Virus record (IMG/VR): IMGVR_UViG_3300005607_000421
Direction: 5' to 3' (one strand)
Length of the DNA: 35,546 nt
Source: a virus
Part shown: one piece after another, positions 8,421 through 17,246 of the stretch
Numbering within the stretch: position 1 is the first letter of the stretch
Layout: every line of letters starts with the position of its first letter
The notes under the pieces: generated by a model
What the model saw: only the letters and a program-made list of their open reading frames with translations
The model's database searches: none
Told to the model about the DNA's origin: nothing
Position numbers and translations under genes: made by a program

Positions 8421-10181
8421 CTAAGATGCACCAGTCGTCTGCCCGCTTGGCTGGGTGCTGTACAGCGTCCCTGTCAGGTCAAACGTAAATGAGCCGACTG
8501 CGCCCTGCTCGTCGGCCTGAAAATTGTAGGTAATATCCGACACAACATAATTGGCGTCAAACCTGTACCTCGACAGCTGCTTCCGAATTCTGACCTTCTG
8601 GCCTGGCGTTATCAGTGTATCCGGAGAGAATACCTTGCAGCGGAACACTTCCTTGTACCTGAAAAGAGTATAGGTTTCCTGCGCCAAGATCCAGTTCATA
8701 GACTGGTAGTCTCGGATAAACGGCTTTCTTATGACAGACTCGGAATAGTCATTCTTTTTCCAGTTTGCATTCTTGTCAAGCCAGTTTGGCGCTATTTTTA
8801 GCAAAGGTGTCGAGGACCATGTCTCGAAACAGTACCCTGCAGTATTTGTCGTCACCGTCCAGTTCACGCCATCGCTTGATGTTGCAACAGTCTGCCCTGA
8901 GCCACCCTTGTACCAGTTGTAGCAGTGTGAAGCGTCCGCGCCCTGCTTTCTCACAATTATCCAGAAAGGTGAGCCGATTACTAAATTGGCCCCGATTGTC
9001 ACAGTATGCCAGTGGTTTGTTTCGCCTGATGCAAATGAATCCTTTGAGATCGACACTGACGAGACAGTGCTGCCATTTGGCTGGCCGTTCAGGTCGTATA
9101 CTATATCGACAAGGCAGTCGGTTGGATTGGTATTGAACGCATCTGTACTCTTTGATATATACAGCGACACCTGCTCTAGCTGCTGCTTGCCGGGCGTGAA
9201 CTTGACTGCAAGATACTGGTTGTACGTAGAATCCGACCCTCCGCCAGAGTCTTGCTGCGACTGGTCGATCTGCACCTGATTGCCGCCAAGACCGTAAATA
9301 TTCCCTTTGTGCATCTCTGATGTCAGCTCGTACGATGTTCCCGGCTCTATCATGCCGATTTTGCCTGAAGTCCACCCCTGCGCAACGGAGTCAGTATAAT
9401 CGTCTGTGAGGAGAACGCCGGAATCCGGCACTAAAGACTGGTCAAGCGGCAGGAATTTCATGATAAAGTTTTTGTCGGCATCAATATAGTGAGCTGCGTT
9501 GACATAGCTGTCAAGCTCGGAGAGCTTGTCGTCCACGAATTCAAAATTGGCTTCAAAAAAGGGCAACGAAAGGCCGCCGTCAGTTCCTGCCAGTATATTT
9601 GCAGGGTTGACAATAACCCCTTGGTCTGTAATTTTCAAGGCGGGCTGCTGCGGGTAGACATAGCCCTGCGTCAGGATGTTTGTCACTATGGTGCCGACCC
9701 GGGTTGTCAGGTCGGCGGGGTCAGGGTCATTTAACCCGGGTTTTTTGAGCTGGTACCAGCCATAGTTTATGATGCGGTTTTTGAGGATTGAAGAGCCCCA
9801 GTCAGGACCTGAGAGGGTGATGTACTGCTCGTTCTGGGCCGGCTCCTCAACCACGATATGCTCAATTGAGCCCAGAAAGACCTTTTGCAGAGTAGCAGCC
9901 GTCTTGCCTATCCATATCATCACTTCTCCGTACTGAAAGATGTTTGGCAGGATAGTGGTGTAGGTTGGGTCATAGAGCTTGATAGAAAATGTTCCTGCTA
10001 CTCCATAGTCTGAGACAGGACTGCAGGTAGCTTGCAAGAGGATAAAGTCATACTGGCCGGAATATGGAGGGTTTGAGCCGGCTGTTGGGTCATAAACATA
10101 GGCTCCTCCTGACAGGTTCTGTATCGTCACCTTGCAGAGAAGAGGCTGGTTGATGATTCCTGAGAGTTGTCCGGATACCAT
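8421..10181 (-). CDS. Tail tip / baseplate hub protein with an inserted beta-sandwich (carbohydrate-binding-like) domain
   Basis: 586 aa directly after the tape measure gene. Hub-like N-terminus (VFLGSIEHIVVE...ITLSGPDWG) and C-terminus (PGQKVRI...YVVSDITY). The central segment YLAVKFTP...VSLYISK...WHTV...FWIIV looks like a beta-sandwich. Confidence 0.7.
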   Translation of the reverse strand: MVSGQLSGIINQPLLCKVTIQNLSGGAYVYDPTAGSNPPYSGQYDFILLQATCSPVSDYGVAGTFSIKLYDPTYTTILPNIFQYGEVMIWIGKTAATLQKVFLGSIEHIVVEEPAQNEQYITLSGPDWGSSILKNRIINYGWYQLKKPGLNDPDPADLTTRVGTIVTNILTQGYVYPQQPALKITDQGVIVNPANILAGTDGGLSLPFFEANFEFVDDKLSELDSYVNAAHYIDADKNFIMKFLPLDQSLVPDSGVLLTDDYTDSVAQGWTSGKIGMIEPGTSYELTSEMHKGNIYGLGGNQVQIDQSQQDSGGGSDSTYNQYLAVKFTPGKQQLEQVSLYISKSTDAFNTNPTDCLVDIVYDLNGQPNGSTVSSVSISKDSFASGETNHWHTVTIGANLVIGSPFWIIVRKQGADASHCYNWYKGGSGQTVATSSDGVNWTVTTNTAGYCFETWSSTPLLKIAPNWLDKNANWKKNDYSESVIRKPFIRDYQSMNWILAQETYTLFRYKEVFRCKVFSPDTLITPGQKVRIRKQLSRYRFDANYVVSDITYNFQADEQGAVGSFTFDLTGTLYSTQPSGQTTGAS

Positions 10182-10236
10182 CTTTCTGTCTTCTACCTAC
10201 CTGCCTATCTTATCTCTTCTCTTCTTTTCCCAGCAG

Positions 10237-11595
10237 TTATGCCAGCAGGCCATTGAATCCATACCTTCTGGCCTGGGTCTTGAAGTACCTGTCGACATCC
10301 CTGAAGAACTGCTGCTGGGTGGCAAGGTTGCCCTGCACTATGATGGTTACACTGGTTGACCCAGTTCCTACTCCTGAATTTGAAGGCCTGATGCTGATGC
10401 TTTCGCTTCTACCGCCTTCGCCGGCCAGAAACATCGTGGGCCTGCTGACAACGCCTTCAAATCCCTGTGCCGCTGCGACAAGTGGAATTTGAGGGACTGG
10501 CAATGCCACTGAAGGGACAAGTGCTATTGCCGGCAGACCAAACCTTCCGGCTGCCGCATCATACCAGCTGATCAGGGTGTTTATTGCGCTGACGATAGAG
10601 TTGACAAATGTCTGGATTCCTCCTACTATAGTCCTGATGCCTGAGTTAGAAACAATCGCCAGACCGTTCCAGAATGAAACAAAGCCTGCCTTGAGAGCAG
10701 TCCATGCTCCTGTCGCTACGCTCTGGATGCTGCCCCAGATTGTCTTGAAGCCGGCATCCAGGGCTGAAAAAGCAGTCAGGGCAAATGCAGTTGAATCCCG
10801 CCATACCTTCTGGAATGACGGCGCAAAGTTGCCGGCAAGCCACACCATGCCCTGCGACATTGTCTGCTGAAATGACTTCCAGGCGGCTGTTATCTTGTCC
10901 CAGTTTGTCACGATAAGGATGGTGGCGATTGCTATTGCGGCTGCAACAGCCACGTATGGGTTGGAGAGCCAGTCTGCAATGCCAGACGAGGCCATGGCTG
11001 CCTTGAGGGCAACATAAGAGCTCTTGAGGGTGTCAAAATTTTTGACTATGTTGATAATGTCGCTTGCTATCATTATGCTGGATGAGCTTAGAATGACTGC
11101 AGTCTGGGCCTGCTGGAATGCAAACTCTTTTTGAGCCTGGGCAAGCTGGTTCATTACATCGGCCCTCTTCTGGTAGTCCAGCTGCAGGGCTTGAGGGTTT
11201 GCTGTCTGGTCTCTGAGTATCTGCCTGTTAACTTCGACCAGCTGTTGCTGGAGCTGCAGCACCTTGTCTGACTGGCCGGCAAAGGCTAGTTGCGCAAGGT
11301 TGAGTGCGTTGATAACGGACAGGGCAGTTCTGGCAGTGCCGGCAAATACCTGCATGGTGTTGTTTAGCTGCATGAGAGCAGGGTGTGACGCAACAAAGAT
11401 CTGGGCCTGCGCCCTGTGCTCGTTTGTAAGCACTCTCGCTTCTCTGGCCAAGTCGCGGGTAGCCTCTGCAGATTCTCTCTGGGTTGTTATGCCCTGTCTG
11501 TACTGGTTTTGAATCTCTCCAAAAGCGCGCTTGACGTCGTCTGCGTTTTCTACCGTAATGCGGTAGCGGAATTCTGCTCCTGCTGTCGTTGCCAA
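10237..11595 (-). CDS. Tail tape measure protein (short)
   Basis: 452 aa, Ala/Gln-rich helical protein with periodic W/F residues (NWDKITAAWKSF...VW...IW...AW...FW) and a typical C-terminal IPLVAAAQG...RPTMFLAGEGG.E motif. Confidence 0.85.
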   Translation of the reverse strand: MATTAGAEFRYRITVENADDVKRAFGEIQNQYRQGITTQRESAEATRDLAREARVLTNEHRAQAQIFVASHPALMQLNNTMQVFAGTARTALSVINALNLAQLAFAGQSDKVLQLQQQLVEVNRQILRDQTANPQALQLDYQKRADVMNQLAQAQKEFAFQQAQTAVILSSSSIMIASDIINIVKNFDTLKSSYVALKAAMASSGIADWLSNPYVAVAAAIAIATILIVTNWDKITAAWKSFQQTMSQGMVWLAGNFAPSFQKVWRDSTAFALTAFSALDAGFKTIWGSIQSVATGAWTALKAGFVSFWNGLAIVSNSGIRTIVGGIQTFVNSIVSAINTLISWYDAAAGRFGLPAIALVPSVALPVPQIPLVAAAQGFEGVVSRPTMFLAGEGGRSESISIRPSNSGVGTGSTSVTIIVQGNLATQQQFFRDVDRYFKTQARRYGFNGLLA

Positions 11596-11614
11596 TTTTT
11601 CGCCAGCCTCCTAG

Positions 11615-12199
11615 TCAGTACGGCCAGTAGCGGTTTGGCGATTGTGGCGCTATCCCCGCTTTTATTTCTGCCCTGATTTTATCGCGGTCTTTAAGCAACA
11701 GGCCAAGATCGGCATACGACAACCTGTAGCGAAAAGCTGTCCTGTCCAGCCGGAAGAACTGAAGCCAGTTATGATATTTTATGTCCTCGTAAACAAGATA
11801 GGGGGAGTGTAGGTTCTGCTCAGCCAGATTGTAAGCGTAATGTACCAGGTTATTTGCATCCAGACTACCTGGCAGCAGGTAGTTCAGCGCTTCGTGAGCC
11901 AGCTCATGGCCGTCAATTGAGCTGTCAAAGTATGGATAATCAAAAAACGAGACATAGATTTCATGGTTGACAAACTGGTCCAGGCCTATGGCGTTGTTTG
12001 CAGACAGCACAGGATTTCTGCCTGTTGTAACTGTTATCTTTTGGAGCTTTGAAAAAAGAGAAGAATCGCCAAGCTGCTCCTGGTAGCGCCGCATAATCAG
12101 CTTGATGCAGAAAGTAAAGCGCTCCCCGTCTTTTTGCGAAATGCCAAGAACAGGGTCAAAAGACAATATTTGCGCAAGCCATCTGTCAAAGTCAGACAT
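11615..12199 (-). CDS. Zincin-like metallopeptidase domain protein (HELAH)
   Basis: 194 aa with the HExxH motif GHELAHE. It lies 19 nt upstream of the tape measure start and has its own copy of the module motif. Confidence 0.6.
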   Translation of the reverse strand: MSDFDRWLAQILSFDPVLGISQKDGERFTFCIKLIMRRYQEQLGDSSLFSKLQKITVTTGRNPVLSANNAIGLDQFVNHEIYVSFFDYPYFDSSIDGHELAHEALNYLLPGSLDANNLVHYAYNLAEQNLHSPYLVYEDIKYHNWLQFFRLDRTAFRYRLSYADLGLLLKDRDKIRAEIKAGIAPQSPNRYWPY

Positions 12200-12234
12200 T
12201 TAGTTTCAGTCAGTACAAGAATGCATAATGTAAC

Positions 12235-12250
12235 GAAAAAGAACTAACTG
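12235..12250 (-). promoter_or_regulatory. Conserved module motif, variant copy 3
   Basis: gaaaaagaactaactg (compare gaaaaagaattaattg at 30325), 36 nt from ATG 12199. Confidence 0.5.
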
Positions 12251-12436
12251 ACTTGTCTGGCTAGGGTAGCCTTCAGACGCAAATAATTGCACCTAACCTT
12301 CCTTAACTTTTTGCCAGCTGGCTTTTCCCTAAACTCATGTGTATGATGATCCTCGCAAAAGAGCCGTACGAAAGCACTGGAACAAGACGGCCAACACAAT
12401 TCGGAATGATGTTCAAAATCCAATCTTCTGCAGTTA

Positions 12437-13489
12437 TCAAAATTTGAGGACCGGCAGTTCTATCTGCTCTTGCATGGCAGTATTTTCAACTCGTTCACGG
12501 GCAATTTTGCAGAATTTTGGATTGACGTCAATTCCAACATACCTTCTCTGCATCCTCTTGGCTACTGTGCACGTAGTTCCGGAACCAAGAAACGGATCTA
12601 CGACAATGTCGTTTCTTTCTGTCAGCAGATTTAGCAGTTCATGGATTATGTATTCTGGGTATACGGCGGGATGTCCGACGAATTTTAGGTTCAGGATTGG
12701 ACATTCGATAACATCTTTCTTTAGCGGTTCACCTTTCATACGTATGATTGTAAAGCCCTTCTTCTCGATGTGCATTTTTCTACCGCCATCGTAGCCTCCA
12801 TATGCGGCAGAATGTATGCCTCTGATCTTCATCCTAAACGATGAAATTCTGCCTTCCTTCACTTCCTTTACTACTTGAGCAAGTTCCTCAAGTGCCAACT
12901 TTTTTTCACGCACACTCAGCTCGCTTGACGACTGTATTGCCTCGACATAGCTCTGGCCGATTTTTGTCCCGTTTCCGGAACCACTGCCATTTGCTTGCTT
13001 GTTCCCTTTGTTTCTTCTGGCGAGAAACTCCTCTGGAAAATATTTGTAATCAGAAGACTTGACGAAATGAAAGAATGGTTCGGTGCTTTGAACAAGCCTG
13101 CGCTTAAACTGTCTTGGTTGTGGATTGGGCTTCACCCAAGTGATGTTATTGACTAATCTGGCGTCAGTTTTTTCAGTCATGCCAATTGCAAACCTGTACG
13201 GGACTAAAAGCAGTGAATCATTTTCATATTTGTCTCCTATATTGAAAACCACGCTTCCAGTGGGCTTTATTATTCTCAGGCATTCACGAAAGACTAGCTC
13301 TAAATTGTCAAGATATTCTTGTACTGTTTTTTCTCCGCCAATTCCTTCCAGTTCTCTGTCGTAGACTCTCTGATTATAATATGGGGGACTCGTGACAACC
13401 AAGTCTACCGAGTCTGACGGGATTTTTGAAAGAATATTCCTGCTATCATCACAGATAATTTGATTGACAAAAGGGAAGCTTGCCTCCAT
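12437..13489 (-). CDS. Site-specific DNA methyltransferase, beta class (N4-cytosine/N6-adenine)
   Basis: Motif IV SPPY near the N-terminus (VDLVVTSPPY), HPAVYP, and motif I DPFLGSGTT near the C-terminus. No adjacent endonuclease. Confidence 0.92.
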   Translation of the reverse strand: MEASFPFVNQIICDDSRNILSKIPSDSVDLVVTSPPYYNQRVYDRELEGIGGEKTVQEYLDNLELVFRECLRIIKPTGSVVFNIGDKYENDSLLLVPYRFAIGMTEKTDARLVNNITWVKPNPQPRQFKRRLVQSTEPFFHFVKSSDYKYFPEEFLARRNKGNKQANGSGSGNGTKIGQSYVEAIQSSSELSVREKKLALEELAQVVKEVKEGRISSFRMKIRGIHSAAYGGYDGGRKMHIEKKGFTIIRMKGEPLKKDVIECPILNLKFVGHPAVYPEYIIHELLNLLTERNDIVVDPFLGSGTTCTVAKRMQRRYVGIDVNPKFCKIARERVENTAMQEQIELPVLKF

Positions 13490-13911
13490 TATGCTATGTT
13501 GCCAAGGAAGTCAGTTATTAAGTGAACTAGTATCGAGCTTGCCGGAGCCTTGATTTATGGTGCAGTGAATGCTGAGGATATAAAATATCTGGGTGTAAAT
13601 TCCCGTAGTTCCATCGACAATATAAGCAACGCTTTACCTTGCTGCAGAATAGTCGGTTTGTCTTAAGTTTTTTCAGGAAGCTAAAGTGTTACCTATCTGT
13701 GGAAGTACAACAACTGGCTTCGAGCTTGGTGTATCAGCACCGGATCTAGAATCAAAGTGACTTTTCATCGTGGTCCAGCGAGCCCACCCACAATCCGGAA
13801 GGTTCTGGAGATACTTTGATTCTAAGAATATGTTAGCAGAATAGGACATGAAAAATTAAGACTCTTTGTCTGTTTTCTTTATATTGATGCAAAGATACAC
13901 GCTAACCACAT

Positions 13912-14310
13912 ATGAAGTCAAACTTGGAACTGGTAAAGCAGTTCTGCAAACACTTTGCAGCCAAAGATAAGGAATCATATCTTAAGCTGTGCGATGATAA
14001 CATAGTTTGGCCATCTACCACAAATATGGAAGAGACGGAAGGAGCGGCCTGCGTAGGAAAAAAGCAAATGTTTGACGAGCGCTTGCCGAGGTTCTTTTCT
14101 AGTTTTAAGAGATTTGAAACTGTTTATGAGGAGTTTCTAGATGCTGGTGATAGCATAGTGGTCGTGGGAAAATACAGGATAACATCAAAAACAGGCAAGG
14201 ATTTCCAATCTCCATTTGCTCAGATATACACAATCAAGAATAGCAAGATAGTAAAGTTTAGGCAATATGCGGATTCTGCAACTATTCAATGCGCTAGAAT
14301 GCTTCAGTAG
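13912..14310 (+). CDS. SnoaL/NTF2-like family protein
   Basis: 132 aa: NLELVKQF...DDNIVW...GKKQMF...EEFLDAGDSIVVVGKY...FAQIYTIKNSKIVKFRQYADS. Confidence 0.85.
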   Translation: MKSNLELVKQFCKHFAAKDKESYLKLCDDNIVWPSTTNMEETEGAACVGKKQMFDERLPRFFSSFKRFETVYEEFLDAGDSIVVVGKYRITSKTGKDFQSPFAQIYTIKNSKIVKFRQYADSATIQCARMLQ

Positions 14311-14373
14311 GGTTTTCTTTCTGGTTTGCAAGGCATCTTTCTTTTAGGCAGTTTGACCAATCAATAACGTATT

Positions 14374-14631
14374 ATGGAGCCATTATCGGAAGATGCTCGT
14401 ATTATCCTTGCACTAATAAGGAAATATCTGGGTATTGAGCCAAAGCATATTTCATTACAGATACCAATAGATATAGTGCGAATTATGAAGGCAGCACAAG
14501 AACTTTCAGAAAGATATTTGGTAGAAATCAGATACGTCAAGAACATGGAAAAGCCATATCATAATGGTCGCCACATCATCAAAGCTCAGCCTGCACCTAA
14601 TCAAACAACAAAACTCTTTCCAATATTTTGA
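14374..14631 (+). CDS. Small putative winged-helix DNA-binding protein
   Basis: 85 aa with a helix-helix-helix-beta pattern (ARIILALIRKYLGIEPKHISLQIPIDIVRIMKAAQELSERYLVEI). Confidence 0.45.
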   Translation: MEPLSEDARIILALIRKYLGIEPKHISLQIPIDIVRIMKAAQELSERYLVEIRYVKNMEKPYHNGRHIIKAQPAPNQTTKLFPIF

Positions 14632-14637
14632 AATTTC

Positions 14638-14692
14638 AGGCGGCCGGGCGTGGGGCTCGGACACTCGCATACGCCCACGCCCTGAGTCGCCT
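14638..14692. repeat. GC-rich inverted repeat / hairpin
   Basis: GGGCGTGGG (14646-14654) pairs with CCCACGCCC (14674-14682), and outer AGGCGGC (14638-14644) pairs with GTCGCCT (14686-14692, one G:U pair). Confidence 0.75.
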
Positions 14693-14701
14693 TGCGTTTA
14701 G

Positions 14702-14799
14702 TTTAGAATGAGTGTATGCACGGAGTTTAGAGATAGTGTGTGCACGCACAACAACTTTAGAACTATAGTGTGCACAAGCTTTAGAAACTAGATGTGCAC
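14702..14799. repeat. Four 20-bp iteron-like direct repeats, TTTAGA-N7-T(G/A)TGCAC
   Basis: 14702 tttagaatgagtgtatgcac; 14726 tttagagatagtgtgtgcac; 14756 tttagaactatagtgtgcac; 14780 tttagaaactagatgtgcac. Periods are 24, 30 and 24 bp. Confidence 0.8.
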
Positions 14800-14852
14800 G
14801 CGACGACAAAAGGCAAATAGACCTGAATGTTCATTTTGATACTGTGGGAAGG

Positions 14853-15092
14853 ATGAAGGGCTTTGGACTAATCCTCCTAACTCTTGGCGCATTGTTTGCA
14901 CTAGTAATTGACTTGTTGTATTTGATATCTCTATTTTCTCCCATAGGTGCCATAAGTTGGTACATCTGCCGCAGTTGCCAAACTCAAGCCGATTATTCGT
15001 TAAAATCATCAGCAATTGGGTTTGCTCTTTTGTTAGTATTAAGCACAATTATTGCGATGAAGGCATACGGCAAGAATAAGATCCAACAATAG
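14853..15092 (+). CDS. Small two-TM membrane protein with a CxxC loop
   Basis: MKGFGLILLTLGALFALVIDLLYLISLF...CRSC...AIGFALLLVLSTIIAM. ATG 14853 (or GTG 14844). Confidence 0.55.
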   Translation: MKGFGLILLTLGALFALVIDLLYLISLFSPIGAISWYICRSCQTQADYSLKSSAIGFALLLVLSTIIAMKAYGKNKIQQ

Positions 15093-15295
15093 TTATGCCC
15101 GTAGATAAACGCAGAGTTTATTGCGTTAATGTTTATATGCACACGGATTATCTAGAGTAGTTTCGCCGGTTTCCAAAACAAAAAATAAACAAAAATAGTT
15201 ATCATATATGTAGAGATACCCTAAAAGAAAACCCCTATTGCTCTGTGTGATCCATACGCATGCAAATTGCAGCAAGTCTGGCTATTCTGCTTCTA

Positions 15296-15748
15296 CTAAC
15301 CTGTCGGTACAATTCTGCTATCCATAGCCAGCATGATCTGAAACTCTGGCAGGTATCGAAGTACTGCTGGCTCAAGAAATGGCTTTGGCTCTGCAGGACC
15401 TGCATATCCTGTAAACACTTCCTTTCCATCGATCTTGAAGTGGAGCACTTTTTTGTTAACCGGTTCCACCGGCCCTCTGCCATACTCTACATATGCGGCA
15501 TATTCCTTGTCAGATCCAAACACGATAGAGTTTTCAGTTACGTCAAAAATCTTGAGCGAGCCTGCCAGCTCCCATGTCATGACCGATTCATTGTTCTGCA
15601 GGTTTTGCTTTGCTTCTGCCAGAATGTTTTCTGCCAGATTGACGAGTTGAGCCTGTATAGCCTGCTTTGAATGCTGGATGATATGCTGAGCCAACCTGTC
15701 GGCCTGCTCCAGCCCTTGAATATCTATCCTGAGGGTTATCATCTGCAT
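15296..15748 (-). CDS. HK97 gp10-like neck / tail completion protein
   Basis: IDIQGLE...ILAEAKQN...TWELAGSL...EYAAYVEYGRG...KKVLHF...PAEPKPFLEPA is the characteristic gp10-family pattern. Confidence 0.88.
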   Translation of the reverse strand: MQMITLRIDIQGLEQADRLAQHIIQHSKQAIQAQLVNLAENILAEAKQNLQNNESVMTWELAGSLKIFDVTENSIVFGSDKEYAAYVEYGRGPVEPVNKKVLHFKIDGKEVFTGYAGPAEPKPFLEPAVLRYLPEFQIMLAMDSRIVPTG

Positions 15749-15778
15749 CCTCTCTTCTCTCCATTTTTCTATGATTTT

Positions 15779-16015
15779 TTATCTGACCCGCCTTACCTGC
15801 TCTCTGGCATAAAATGCAGCCGTCTGCTCTTCTGCTTTCAGAGCTGCCATCTCTGCACTGATGCACACCAGTTTCAGGCGCACATCTCTATAGGCTGTCT
15901 CCTCAACCTCCGAGTAAGACGCAAAACGAGGGGCCACCAGGTGCTTTATGATGGCGTCTTTTGCCTCCGGAGAACCTGCGGCAGGTTTTATGCTGTTGAC
16001 CACAAACGCCATCAC
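15779..16015 (-). CDS. Tail assembly chaperone T frame (C-terminal part of the G-T fusion)
   Basis: In the -1 frame relative to 16015-16347 and reachable through the TTTTTTA slippery site. Confidence 0.7.
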   Translation of the reverse strand: MMAFVVNSIKPAAGSPEAKDAIIKHLVAPRFASYSEVEETAYRDVRLKLVCISAEMAALKAEEQTAAFYAREQVRRVR

Positions 16016-16347
16016 TATCTTCTCTCTAAAAAATCCGGTATTTCCGAGTTTGCCTTCCAGACTTTTAGAAAGAGCATAATGACTTCAGCGTAGGTCATTG
16101 AATAAACCTCATCCTCTTCCTTGCCCAGAGATTTTGTGAGCGTATTCAGGATAATTCTTCGCTGGATTGGCTTTATGCTCTTGACTTTATTCATTACTTC
16201 ATTTAGCTGCTCCTGCTTTCCAGATTTGAGCCGCTCGTCTATATCCAGAAGGTCAGAAAGGTGGTCCTCTATTTCAAGGCCTTCCCTGTATGTTAGCCTG
16301 TATACCAGAGGGTAGATCTTGCCGTTGAACTCTACCTGCAGAGCCAT
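16015..16347 (-). CDS. Tail assembly chaperone G
   Basis: 110 aa directly after the tail tube gene; ends ...EIPDFLERR with a slippery heptamer. Confidence 0.75.
   Translation of the reverse strand: MALQVEFNGKIYPLVYRLTYREGLEIEDHLSDLLDIDERLKSGKQEQLNEVMNKVKSIKPIQRRIILNTLTKSLGKEEDEVYSMTYAEVIMLFLKVWKANSEIPDFLERR
16027..16033 (-). other. Programmed -1 ribosomal frameshift site T TTT TTA
   Basis: Coding strand CCG GAT TTT TTA GAG AGA AGA TAG. The -1 frame reads F-F-R-E-K-I-V-M-A-F-V-V, continuous with ORF 15779-16015. Confidence 0.75.
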
Positions 16348-16352
16348 CTCTC

Positions 16353-17246
16353 TCAGGTCACCGCTATTGCCTGGGCCTTGCCGTTAAAGACCTGCACCAG
16401 CGACGAGGCCTGATCAGCTGAAATATCCTGTTGCTGCTTGTCCAGAACGGCCGATGTTAACGTAATTGTCGATGTACCGCTCTTCAAAGTCCATGTCATT
16501 GACCTTGCCGTGGCTGTATTTCGGTCTCCGGACATGACAGTATCAGTCCACAGTTGCGTCACGGTAAAGGCTATCCTGCGCCCGTGGGCCTGGATGGTAT
16601 AGGGCCCTGCATTTCCCAGAGTATAATCCTCTGCGGTGTTGCGGTTGACCGTGATTTCAATCTTGACTGCGTTAATTGCAACGGCATTCCAGCTCACCGG
16701 AGATGCTCCGCCAGAAAGCCAGTCCCATACTACAGCAATAGATGGAGTAATCCAGTTTGGAGTGGTCAGGCCTGATGTAGTCGAAGGCTCGCTGATAGAC
16801 ATGCACACAAATTCTGCCGACAGGACCACCGGCTGCGAGATGTCGCCTGTTATTGTCATGTTGGTGCATCTGGAGCCTCTCAGGAACACAAAGTTCTCTG
16901 TCCCGTTGAGATAGAACGAAAATACAAATGATAGTGGTGCACTTATTGTTCCAGCCGGCGCGCCATAGCTGGCAGAGTTCATGCAATATTTCAGAAAAGT
17001 AGAAGAAAACATAGCGGTCTTGATCTTGAAACCGTACCTGGTCTTGCCCTGAACGAGTCCATAAATGTCCTCAGGCCCTATCTGCAGAACTTCGGTTTCG
17101 TTATTGTCTATATTGAAGGAAAGCGAAGATACCTTGCCTACCTCGCTAAAGGTAGGCGAAGAGGACGGCGTTGTGCCTTCAACTGATTCTTCCACAAACT
17201 GGAGCTGCTTTATCAGCAGCTGTGCAGTAGTTGTCTTGTTAGGCAA
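16353..17246 (-). CDS. Major tail (tube) protein
   Basis: 297 aa, S/T-rich and beta-rich; N-terminal QLQFVEESVEGTTP motif typical of siphovirus tail tubes; precedes the chaperone genes. Confidence 0.82.
   Translation of the reverse strand: MPNKTTTAQLLIKQLQFVEESVEGTTPSSSPTFSEVGKVSSLSFNIDNNETEVLQIGPEDIYGLVQGKTRYGFKIKTAMFSSTFLKYCMNSASYGAPAGTISAPLSFVFSFYLNGTENFVFLRGSRCTNMTITGDISQPVVLSAEFVCMSISEPSTTSGLTTPNWITPSIAVVWDWLSGGASPVSWNAVAINAVKIEITVNRNTAEDYTLGNAGPYTIQAHGRRIAFTVTQLWTDTVMSGDRNTATARSMTWTLKSGTSTITLTSAVLDKQQQDISADQASSLVQVFNGKAQAIAVT

Noticed and set aside
8765-9375. Alternative ORFs 8765-9136, 8776-9375 and 8986-9279
   Set aside because: Shadows overlapping the well-supported 586-aa hub gene, with no motifs of their own.
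4861-10181. Diversity-generating retroelement acting on the fibre or hub
   Set aside because: No reverse transcriptase and no template/variable repeat pair visible in the window.
13747-13824. 12-bp inverted repeat TAGAATCAAAGT / ACTTTGATTCTA with a 54-nt spacer
   Set aside because: It is real but single and does not extend. It is too small for a confident MITE or ncRNA call without covariation data.
14702-14799. Four repeats considered as a mini CRISPR array
   Set aside because: Gaps between repeats are only 4-10 nt, the repeat interiors vary, and there are no cas genes. Kept as iteron-like repeats.
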